From: an uncultured Candidatus Peribacteria bacterium
Lineage (GTDB): Bacteria > Patescibacteriota > Gracilibacteria > UBA1369 > JABINC01
Length of the DNA stretch: 31,747 nucleotides
Direction: 5' to 3'
Assembly (NCBI GenBank): GCA_964358905.1
Contig: CAYHQD010000002.1
Location: forward strand, 1-31,747
Shown: one piece after another, positions 8,892 to 16,509 of the stretch
How positions within the stretch are numbered: the first letter of the stretch is position 1
How the letters are laid out: every line of letters starts with the position of its first letter
Position numbers and translations under genes: made by a program
The notes under the pieces: model-generated
The model's database searches: none
Told to the model about the DNA's origin: nothing
What the model saw: only the letters and a program-made list of their open reading frames with translations

Positions 8892-9418
8892 CAGTCTATG
8901 TTTATGGATGACATTGATTCCGCCGAGATGAATTGGGTTTCGATACCCATCATGGAGCCGAAGTAGAGCTCATGCGTAGTTCCGAGTTCGATTTTCATAG
9001 AGAGAGTATCATCTCCAACCGTATAATTGTAGGGGAATGTGATATCTTGGGGAGAAAGCGCCAAATTATCATAATTGTTTAAATCTATATAATTTTCCGC
9101 CATTTGCGATGGTCCAGTGCTGGCTGCGAGTACCGCCCGATCATCATTGCTCAGAGCGTCCACAATGTTTTCAGGCGCTTCGAACTCGGGATCTTGCGCC
9201 GCCATAGCCTCCACGATATCCACTATCTCATCTCCCGACACCGATATGCCCGCATTGACTGCGCTGTCCGCAATTGATTGCAGTTGAGCTTTTTTGACGA
9301 ATATCATGCCGCCATCCACTACGAGTCCGGTCAGTATAAGCACGGATGGGACCATTATCATGGTGAGTCCCATTGCGTTTCCCTTGTTCCCGCCGATGTA
9401 TTTTCGCAGGTATGTCAT
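8891..9418 (-). CDS. tadG: TadG-like pseudopilin (Tad N-terminal domain)
   Basis: KG-NAMGLTMIMVP...GLVVDGG...QLQSIADSAVNAG matches the Tad/TadG N-terminal pattern; TGATG overlap with the cpaB start. Confidence 0.75.
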   Translation of the reverse strand: MTYLRKYIGGNKGNAMGLTMIMVPSVLILTGLVVDGGMIFVKKAQLQSIADSAVNAGISVSGDEIVDIVEAMAAQDPEFEAPENIVDALSNDDRAVLAASTGPSQMAENYIDLNNYDNLALSPQDITFPYNYTVGDDTLSMKIELGTTHELYFGSMMGIETQFISAESMSSINID

Positions 9419-9428
9419 TGGTTTGGTG

Positions 9429-9824
9429 CTAAATTTCGATTCGAGCTACCGCCTGGGATGATAAGACGATGTTCTCGGATATGATATTTAGGATGATGAG
9501 AGGGAGGTCGTATTCTATCAGTACGGTGAGCTCGTCGCCTCGGTTTCTGCTCGTTTCATCTTCGGGGATGATTTGAATGGTGATTCGGTCACCGTTTTCA
9601 TCTATGAATTGTGTGGCGGTGCCGATGGCGCTTTCTATCTGTGCGTTTTCATTTGTCAATGCGCCGACGCGGGCGCCTTCTCTCGATGCGTAGGTTATCG
9701 TCTGTTGTACAGAGAGGGCGATACCGATTTCATATATGCCAAAGAGCAAAATTATTATAAGGGGAAACACGACCGCGAATTCCACCAGCGCTTGGGCGCG
9801 ATTTTGTGCAAATGACCGTAGCAT
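9429..9824 (-). CDS. tadE: TadE-like pseudopilin
   Basis: RAQALVEFAVVFPLIIILLFGIYEIG...ASREGARVG. Confidence 0.9.
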   Translation of the reverse strand: MLRSFAQNRAQALVEFAVVFPLIIILLFGIYEIGIALSVQQTITYASREGARVGALTNENAQIESAIGTATQFIDENGDRITIQIIPEDETSRNRGDELTVLIEYDLPLIILNIISENIVLSSQAVARIEI

Positions 9825-9840
9825 ATACGAACGTGCTAAA

Positions 9841-10011
9841 CTAGAACGAATCGACTATGTCTTGGAACGCACCTTGAATCGTAGTTCCAAGCAATGTAAC
9901 CACTGCGACCACAACTACGGCTATCAAAGCAAGTATAAGTGCGTATTCGGACATTGCCTGTGCTTTTTTCTCTGTGAGCGCGAGATATATCTTGCAAAGT
10001 TGCAGTTTCAT
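9841..10011 (-). CDS. flp: Flp (type IVb/IVc) major pilin, 56 aa
   Basis: Not in the ORF track. Manual translation: MKLQLCKIYLALTEKKAQAMSEYALILALIAVVVVAVVTLLGTTIQGAFQDIVDSF*. Has the Flp motif E(+5)Y(+6) and a hydrophobic helix, 16 bp upstream of tadE. Confidence 0.92.
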   Translation of the reverse strand: MKLQLCKIYLALTEKKAQAMSEYALILALIAVVVVAVVTLLGTTIQGAFQDIVDSF

Positions 10012-10052
10012 ACAAGTGTGGGGTAAGTGGTAATAAATGGTAACAAACTTTT

Positions 10053-10328
10053 TTACAGCACGGTTTCCATCACGGTAACGGTTTTCTTTGGGCCGATGGC
10101 TATGCGCCAGGGTTTCAGCCTTTCTATTCTTTTTATTTCTCTGTCGTCTTTATCCAGGAATTGTATCTCGAGGTCGTATTTTACTCCGAATGTGTGGATC
10201 ATCCTGCAATTCCGGAATGCCATTCTTGTCCCTTTTACGGGATTTTTCAAGCCTTTTACTCCTCGCAGACGAGTGAGAAATGTATCTGCAATTATGACTT
10301 TTTCGTTATCCATATTCATACATATCAT
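10053..10328 (-). CDS. DUF192-family protein
   Basis: IADTFLTRLRG...MIHTFGVKYDLEIQFLDKD...ME pattern; first gene of the tad run. Confidence 0.75.
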   Translation of the reverse strand: MICMNMDNEKVIIADTFLTRLRGVKGLKNPVKGTRMAFRNCRMIHTFGVKYDLEIQFLDKDDREIKRIERLKPWRIAIGPKKTVTVMETVL

Positions 10329-10446
10329 ATCCGCGTCTTTGGCGTGATGGAAAGAAGATGACTTGACTTTTTTGAGTAACGTTATGGCGAATACATATTT
10401 TCCCGTTTTTTGGCTTGTTTTGTAGCAGTTCTCATAATCGTCAAAA

Positions 10447-10475
10447 TTGAAAATTTCTTAAAATAATGTTAAAAT
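10447..10475 (+). promoter_or_regulatory. Putative sigma70 promoter of the VirD4-like ATPase gene
   Basis: TTGAAA-N17-TAAAAT with extended -10 TG(T), about 20 nt upstream of ATG 10497. Confidence 0.55.
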
Positions 10476-10496
10476 GAAAGGATTAAATATAAAGAT

Positions 10497-13139
10497 ATGT
10501 ATTTGGTAAAAACCATATTCGCCGGCCTCTGGGATTTTATTCTCACGTATCCGCTCTATGCGCTCGGTATTTTAGTGCTTGCAGTATTGCTCTTTAGGCT
10601 CGCATTGCGTGCGCTTCGTTATACGTATGCCCGTGTGCATCAGAAAAATCTGATATTCATGCAAGTGATGCTTCCACGCAAGGATTCCAAGATAGATAAG
10701 GAAAAAGAAACGGAGAAGGACTTTCGTGAAAAAATTGCCGTGATGGAGCAGTTTTATCGCAATATCCATGAAATTCGCGAGTTGAATCTTTGGAATCTCT
10801 GGAAATCCTGGTTGGTGAATCACGATATGGTGTCGTTTGAATTGGTGCTAAAGGAAAAGGAATTGTATTTCTACGTCGTGACCTATCCGTATTTCCGTAC
10901 CCTCGTCGAGAAACAGATTACGTCCTATTATCCCGATGCCGATATCACCTATGTGAAACCATACGAATTGGGTAAGAAAGGGGATAGCGTAAAGGCGTTT
11001 TATCTCTATGAAAAGCGCGATTATTGGTTTCCTGTGAAGACATACAAGACTATAGAAAATGATCCGCTCAATGATATTACGAATGTATTTTCAAAGTTGG
11101 ATGATGCTGATTTCGCTTCAATCCAGATCGTAATCAATTCGATAGGCAAGGGATGGAATAAACGCGCTGAGATGGAAGGTGCTCTTATGTTTAAGGGTAA
11201 AAAGAACACCTACGGATCGGGTGTTACCAATTTTCTCGGACGTATTCCCATCATAGGATTTTTGAATAGTATCATCGTGGGGGCAATTCTCGGTCCCGAA
11301 GATGTGAAAGGTTCCACCAATGAGCCCGGTGCGAAAGGCGGTGACTCATTTCAGCGTATGCTTCAAGCCCGTGAAGAGGTGGCAAAACATATTGGAGAGA
11401 AAGCTCTCTCGGTCGGATTTGAAGTGGGGATTCGTCTGGTGGCTTCTTCCCCTACGAAAGAGCACACCGAAGATATTTTGAATAATCTGGTTATCGCATT
11501 CAACCTTTTCAATTCACCGGAGATGAATTACTTCCAGAATCGTCGTATCGTGCCTCTGGATTTTCTCAGTACGCCGGCGCTTCTGCACGGATATCACTTG
11601 CGCTTGCCCAAGCATGGAAATAAAACATCCATTATGGTGCCGGAGGAGTTGGCATCAATGTACCATTTTCCGGTGAGCAAATACAATTACTCGCCGACGA
11701 TTAAGTGGCTCCCGTATACCGTCATACCCGCGCCGACCGATTTGCCGAAAGAAGGGATTTTACTCGGACACAACGTCTATCGCGGTGAGCAGAGAGAAAT
11801 TCATATCACCCGAAATGATCGCACGCGTCACATGTATATCATCGGTAAATCCGGTACCGGTAAATCGGCGCTGATCAGCTACATGGCACGTCAAGATATC
11901 GCCAATGGCGAAGGTGTCTGTGTCGTAGATCCACACGGCGATCTCATCGAAGATATTTTGCACTATATTCCCAAGGAGCGGGCGAAAGATGTCATCGTAT
12001 TTAATCCCGCGGATTTGGAGCGCCCGATGGGGCTCAATATTCTCGAAGCGGATACGCCCGTGCAGATGGATCTCGCATCCTCTCAGGCTACGGAAATTTT
12101 TATCAAACTTTTCGGCGACGAAATTTTCGGTCCGCGTATTCAGCATTATTTCCGCAACGCGTGTCTGACTCTCATGGAAGATAAGGAAGAGGGTGCGACG
12201 CTCGTCGATGTGCCCCGTATGTTCACCGATGACGCATTTATGCGCTACAAAGTTTCTAAGATCAAAAACCCCGTCGTGAAATCATTCTGGGTACATGAAT
12301 ATGCGCACACTGCTGATCGTGAACGCCAGGAAATGATTCCGTATTTCTCCGCAAAATTCGGTCCGTTTATCACGAATTCGATCATGCGCAATACGATAGG
12401 TCAGACGAAATCGGCGTTTGATTTCCGCGAGGTGATGGATAAGCAAAAAATCCTGCTCATCAATCTTTCGAAAGGTAAGATTGGCGATCTCAATACCCAG
12501 CTTCTCGGTCTCGTGCTCGTAGCGCGTATTCAGATGGCGGCTATGGCCCGTGCGGATATGCCGGAGAATGAGCGAAAGGATTTCTACCTCTATGTGGATG
12601 AGTTTCAGAATTTTGCGACAGATTCGTTTTGCGAGATTCTTTCCGAGGCCAGAAAGTACCATCTCGCGCTGATCATGGCCCATCAGTATATCAACCAGTT
12701 GACGACGACCAAATTCGGTACCACTTCTTCAAAAATCCGCGATGCCGTCTTCGGTAACGTGGGTACGATGATGTCGTTCAAAGTCGGTGCGGAAGATGGC
12801 GAGTATCTGGCGAAAGAATACGCTCCCGTGCTCTCCGAACAGGACATCATCGGTATTGCGAAATTCAAGGCATATATCAAACTGAATATCGACAACACGA
12901 CCTCACGTCCATTTTCCCTCCATACGGTGTGGGATACCAAAGGTAAAAATGCAAAAATAGCTGAAATCGTCACACAATACTCCCGTATGAAATATGGGCG
13001 TAAAAAAGAATTCGTCGATCAGGAAATTTCCGCACGCATCGGAATTGATTTGGCCGATACGACTCCAGTGCAACTCGGTGAAATAGGCAAGCCGCCGGGA
13101 AGTGAAAATCAGCAATTACCACCCAATGAATCAAATTGA
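10497..13139 (+). CDS. VirD4/TraG/HerA-FtsK superfamily membrane-anchored ATPase
   Basis: N-terminal TM; HMYIIGKSGTGKS (Walker A), CVVDPHGDL, YLYVDEFQNF (Walker B), LSEARKYHLALIMAHQY, AVFGNVGT. Confidence 0.85.
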   Translation: MYLVKTIFAGLWDFILTYPLYALGILVLAVLLFRLALRALRYTYARVHQKNLIFMQVMLPRKDSKIDKEKETEKDFREKIAVMEQFYRNIHEIRELNLWNLWKSWLVNHDMVSFELVLKEKELYFYVVTYPYFRTLVEKQITSYYPDADITYVKPYELGKKGDSVKAFYLYEKRDYWFPVKTYKTIENDPLNDITNVFSKLDDADFASIQIVINSIGKGWNKRAEMEGALMFKGKKNTYGSGVTNFLGRIPIIGFLNSIIVGAILGPEDVKGSTNEPGAKGGDSFQRMLQAREEVAKHIGEKALSVGFEVGIRLVASSPTKEHTEDILNNLVIAFNLFNSPEMNYFQNRRIVPLDFLSTPALLHGYHLRLPKHGNKTSIMVPEELASMYHFPVSKYNYSPTIKWLPYTVIPAPTDLPKEGILLGHNVYRGEQREIHITRNDRTRHMYIIGKSGTGKSALISYMARQDIANGEGVCVVDPHGDLIEDILHYIPKERAKDVIVFNPADLERPMGLNILEADTPVQMDLASSQATEIFIKLFGDEIFGPRIQHYFRNACLTLMEDKEEGATLVDVPRMFTDDAFMRYKVSKIKNPVVKSFWVHEYAHTADRERQEMIPYFSAKFGPFITNSIMRNTIGQTKSAFDFREVMDKQKILLINLSKGKIGDLNTQLLGLVLVARIQMAAMARADMPENERKDFYLYVDEFQNFATDSFCEILSEARKYHLALIMAHQYINQLTTTKFGTTSSKIRDAVFGNVGTMMSFKVGAEDGEYLAKEYAPVLSEQDIIGIAKFKAYIKLNIDNTTSRPFSLHTVWDTKGKNAKIAEIVTQYSRMKYGRKKEFVDQEISARIGIDLADTTPVQLGEIGKPPGSENQQLPPNESN

Positions 13140-14292
13140 ACTTCAACACATGGAAACCGTGCATCATCATATGACGTCACAGATCAAGCTGAGTCTGTAT
13201 ATACTTGGTTTCTCACTCTTGGTTTTGGCACTCGGTGTTTGGTTTGTCATGGGGAGGTATTCGGATATTTTTCATACCAATAATTTCCAGATGGGATCGC
13301 TCTATACCGAAGTTGGAGATGCACGCGGTGAGAACGAACGCGTATATAACGAACTCAAAAAGACCCAGAGTGAACTCAAGGCGACTATGGCCGTCCTCGA
13401 GAATATAAACGATAAACTCTCTACGATTGAGGGAGAGGATGTGTCTCAAATTAAAGTCGATGTCGATGCATTGAGCGAGAAATTATCAAAAAATCCGTTG
13501 ATCGCAAGGGCCGTGGATAAAGAAGGGGAGGTTATACTCGAATACCCCGAGGAGGTGATGAATTTTCTGCTCATCGGTCAGAATCAAGGTCTTACGGATA
13601 CCATCATGGTGGTGGCGATAAATCCCAATACGAAACGTATCACTCTCATATCCGTGCCGCGTGATTTGTATGTCAACGGACGACGTATCAACGAAATTTA
13701 TCACCACTACGGTATCGAGAAATTAAAAGATGCGTTGCAGGACATTCTCGGACTCAAAATCAGCGAGTATGCTGCTGTGGATCTCGAAGGATTTGAGGCG
13801 GCGGTGGATGTGCTCGGCGGGCTTGATATATATGTGGACGAAGATATTTATGACTATCAATACCCTACCGCAAATAAGGGTTACCAGGTTTTTAATTTGA
13901 AGGCGGGGCAGTATAACATGGATGGAGCGAGCGCCCTTAAATTTGCGCGCAGTCGTAAGTCGACTTCCGATTTTGATCGTGCGGAGCGCCAGCAGAAGGT
14001 GATCGAAGCGATGCTACGTAAGGTGAAGGAGATGAAGTTGCAAAGTGATAAAGAAAAAGCGGTCGACTTCTTCAATACCGTCAGTGATTATGTACATACC
14101 GATATGGAGCCGATTTCCGCATATACCTATCTGAAAATGTTTAAAGATTTCCAGGTGGAAAAGAATAACGTGCTCTCGAGTTCAAATTATTTATACAGTA
14201 TGATCAACGCGAGCGGAGCTTATGTGCTTTTACCGCGTTCCGGAGATTACGACGAAATCAAAGGATATGTCTTCGAGCTGGTGGTGGAGTAG
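13126..14292 (+). CDS. LytR-CpsA-Psr (LCP) family glycopolymer transferase with an N-terminal TM and coiled coil
   Basis: TDTIMV...LISVPRDLYV, ALKFARSRKSTSDFDRAERQQKVI. Start taken at ATG 13126; the track uses GTG 13102. Confidence 0.9.
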   Translation: MNQIELQHMETVHHHMTSQIKLSLYILGFSLLVLALGVWFVMGRYSDIFHTNNFQMGSLYTEVGDARGENERVYNELKKTQSELKATMAVLENINDKLSTIEGEDVSQIKVDVDALSEKLSKNPLIARAVDKEGEVILEYPEEVMNFLLIGQNQGLTDTIMVVAINPNTKRITLISVPRDLYVNGRRINEIYHHYGIEKLKDALQDILGLKISEYAAVDLEGFEAAVDVLGGLDIYVDEDIYDYQYPTANKGYQVFNLKAGQYNMDGASALKFARSRKSTSDFDRAERQQKVIEAMLRKVKEMKLQSDKEKAVDFFNTVSDYVHTDMEPISAYTYLKMFKDFQVEKNNVLSSSNYLYSMINASGAYVLLPRSGDYDEIKGYVFELVVE

Positions 14293-14340
14293 GGTGGTAA
14301 TCTTTTATCATACAGCGCATGCGCTTGTGCGTGCATATGG

Positions 14341-14369
14341 TTGACTTTTTGACCTCGATTCTCTAGATT
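14341..14369 (+). promoter_or_regulatory. Putative sigma70 promoter of tRNA-fMet
   Basis: TTGACT-N17-TAGATT, about 40 nt upstream of the tRNA. Confidence 0.55.
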
Positions 14370-14407
14370 ACATGAGCCTTTTAAAATAAGGTTTTCATAT
14401 TTTTTGA

Positions 14408-14482
14408 CGCGGGGTGGAGCAGTGGCAGCTCGTCGGGCTCATAACCCGGAGGTCGCAGGTTCGAATCCTGCCCCCGCAACCA
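14408..14482 (+). tRNA. Initiator tRNA-fMet (CAT), CCA encoded
   Basis: Full cloverleaf, C1:A72 mismatch, three consecutive G:C pairs in the anticodon stem, loop CTCATAA, TTCGAAT T-loop. Confidence 0.96.
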
Positions 14483-14509
14483 CTACTGCGAAGCGTAGCG
14501 AAGCAGTTT
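14483..14509 (+). repeat. 27-bp tRNA 3'-trailer element, copy 1
   Basis: CTACTGCGAAGCGTAGCGAAGCAGTTT; 25/27 identical to 20306-20332. Confidence 0.85.
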
Positions 14510-14586
14510 CCCTTTTCCGACCAAGAAGGGTCTTGTTTGTATTATTTTTCCGCGTAGCGGCAGGCACATTTATTTCATTCTAAAAG

Positions 14587-14614
14587 CAAAATCCCCGCAT
14601 GTGCGGGGATTTTG
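14587..14614. terminator. Bidirectional intrinsic terminator
   Basis: CAAAATCCCCGCA-TG-TGCGGGGATTTTG perfect inverted repeat with A/T tails, between the convergent tRNA and TMEM43-like gene. Confidence 0.8.
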
Positions 14615-14649
14615 TGGTGTTGAAAACATTCTGAGCGCGAGGGGCAGGA

Positions 14650-15654
14650 TTAACTTTTTTCTTTTTTCTTTTTCCACGTGTACACGAGGAGTCCGATGAT
14701 AATGATAAGTATGAGCCACCACAGTTTGAGGATGATAGTGGCAAGTAATACGACTACAATACCGAGCAAGAAGGAGACGATGAAGACTAGTATTTGTAAG
14801 AATTTACCAAGTCCAGGCAGGATATTGAGAAGCATCAGAATAGGGGAGACGATAAGTGTGAGACCCGCGGCGAACATCAGTACCGCGATACCTTTTAGCA
14901 TCCAGAAAAGCGCTTTTTCTTCCGATTGCAATTTAGCCACCAGCTGATCGTTGGTCAGATCGCTGATAATAAAGGTAGTTCCTCCTGATACCATTCCACT
15001 TAAGTAATCACCCACGACGATGAGGCGGGTTGCGGGACCGCTGGCAAATGCCTCGGTTTTATGACGAATTCCGCCTATCACACAGGTATTGCCCGAATAG
15101 TCCCCATCCTGAGAAATGTTTGTCAGTGTCAGACGTTGCATGGCGGTCGAAGGACTGACTTTGGTGCCTCCTACGGTGAAGTCGGCCCATTGTTCTACGG
15201 GTTGTCCCTTCCATACATTACGTTCTTTTTCTACAGTTTGTTCCACATCTTGTCCGTTTCGTGTCACTGTTTCCGTTACTGTGTATTTTTCCAGAATACA
15301 GGTCTCTTCGAGAAACGAATAGTAGAGCACCGGTTCGTTGTTTGGTTTTGCGTAGGCAAAACTCGCAATGTCGACAGGACCGTCGAATTTGACCGTGCCT
15401 TCGGTGAGTGCGCTTGAGTCGCTCATAGGTAATGCGACGACTACTTCGGAATGCTTCACAAAGTTTTCTGAATACCACATGACTCCGAATGAACCGAAGA
15501 AGAGTGCTACTCCAAGTATGGCACCTCCCACCGACTTCATAAAATTTCTGAAATAGCGCGCGATGGGATTACTGGATCCCACAATGCGCTCGGAAACTAC
15601 ACGTCCCCCTCCGGAACCGCCTCCCATCGGGTTGAACCCGCCAAAGTTTTGCAT
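14650..15654 (-). CDS. TMEM43 (LUMA)/DUF1625-like membrane protein
   Basis: Gly-rich N-terminus, TM1 GGAILGVALFFGSFGVMWYSE, soluble domain, then LFWMLKGIAVLMFAAGLTLIVSP...LPGLG and further TMs. Family recalled from this topology and these motifs. Confidence 0.65.
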   Translation of the reverse strand: MQNFGGFNPMGGGSGGGRVVSERIVGSSNPIARYFRNFMKSVGGAILGVALFFGSFGVMWYSENFVKHSEVVVALPMSDSSALTEGTVKFDGPVDIASFAYAKPNNEPVLYYSFLEETCILEKYTVTETVTRNGQDVEQTVEKERNVWKGQPVEQWADFTVGGTKVSPSTAMQRLTLTNISQDGDYSGNTCVIGGIRHKTEAFASGPATRLIVVGDYLSGMVSGGTTFIISDLTNDQLVAKLQSEEKALFWMLKGIAVLMFAAGLTLIVSPILMLLNILPGLGKFLQILVFIVSFLLGIVVVLLATIILKLWWLILIIIIGLLVYTWKKKKEKS

Positions 15655-15695
15655 GCTGTTTTAGGTTAGTATGTATTTTTATTTTGGATAGCTTG

Positions 15696-15724
15696 ATTAT
15701 ATTTTTTGTTCAACGGATTGTCAA
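15696..15724 (-). promoter_or_regulatory. Consensus sigma70 promoter of the TMEM43-like gene
   Basis: Minus strand reads TTGACA-N17-TATAAT, a perfect consensus, 41 nt upstream of ATG 15654. Confidence 0.85.
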
Positions 15725-15902
15725 TCCCTACGTGCCTCAAGTATCCCCTATCTCTTCTCCCTTTATATTTTATTGTAAAATTCTGTAACCTTTGCACACT
15801 ACCGACATTTATTGAATCGGATCAATACTACCGCTCTTTGACATCACCGTCCTTCGTAAAATAGGTTTATTTTTTGTGTTGAAGTGGTATATTCCAGGGC
15901 GT

Positions 15903-16475
15903 ATGAATGAACTTTCTAAGGAACAGGAAACGGAGCTTGTTGAGAGTGCGAAACAGTCGCAAGACGGGTTTGCGCGGCTCTACGACATGTATTTTGATGT
16001 AATGTTTCACTATATTCTCAAGCGTACAGGCGATTTGGAGCTGACGAAAGATCTGACTTCAGAGACATTTATGAAAGTTCTTAATTTTCTTCCACGCTAC
16101 AAAGTGACCGAGGTGCCATTTGCATGTTGGTTGTATCGGATTGCGACGAATGAGATCAACCAGCACTTTAGGAAAAAGCGATTGTTGTTCTTTGATTTTT
16201 TGGAGCCGCATGAAGAACCCACTACGTTTGAAACTCCGGAAGATGAGGTGAAGCAATGGGAGCAGGAGAAAGCCAATAAAATGGAATTCACCCTTATGCT
16301 CGAATATATCAAAAAATTGGCTCCATTGGATCAATCGATTATCACTCTACGTTATTTTGAAGACAGAAAATTCTCGGAAATCGGTGATATACTCAATGTG
16401 AGAGAAGGAACGGTGAAAGTACGCATGAATCGCGCGTTAAACAAATTGCGGCGATGGATGAAAGGATCGATATAG
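15903..16475 (+). CDS. ECF (sigma-24/RpoE-like) RNA polymerase sigma factor
   Basis: Region 2 DLTSETFMK...FACWLYRIATN; region 4 IITLRYFEDRKFSEIGDILNVREGTVKVRMNRA. ATG 15903 preferred over the track's GTG 15876. Confidence 0.92.
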   Translation: MNELSKEQETELVESAKQSQDGFARLYDMYFDVMFHYILKRTGDLELTKDLTSETFMKVLNFLPRYKVTEVPFACWLYRIATNEINQHFRKKRLLFFDFLEPHEEPTTFETPEDEVKQWEQEKANKMEFTLMLEYIKKLAPLDQSIITLRYFEDRKFSEIGDILNVREGTVKVRMNRALNKLRRWMKGSI

Positions 16476-16509
16476 TATTGTATAAAAAAAATGTTCAACA
16501 AATCTAATT

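Noticed and set aside
8889-8893. UGA-to-Gly recoding (code 25, Gracilibacteria/SR1 type)
   Set aside because: TGA acts as a stop here (TGATG overlap), at 27189 (ATGA overlap) and at the ends of murJ and tadC; conserved genes are intact under code 11.
10497-13139. Conjugative element
   Set aside because: No relaxase, oriT or VirB homologues in the window; the flanking genes are chromosomal.
15784-15862. Possible autoregulatory promoters of the ECF gene (TGTAAC...CGAC; TTGACA...TAAAAT)
   Set aside because: Both have 13-nt spacers, too short for ECF or sigma70 promoters.
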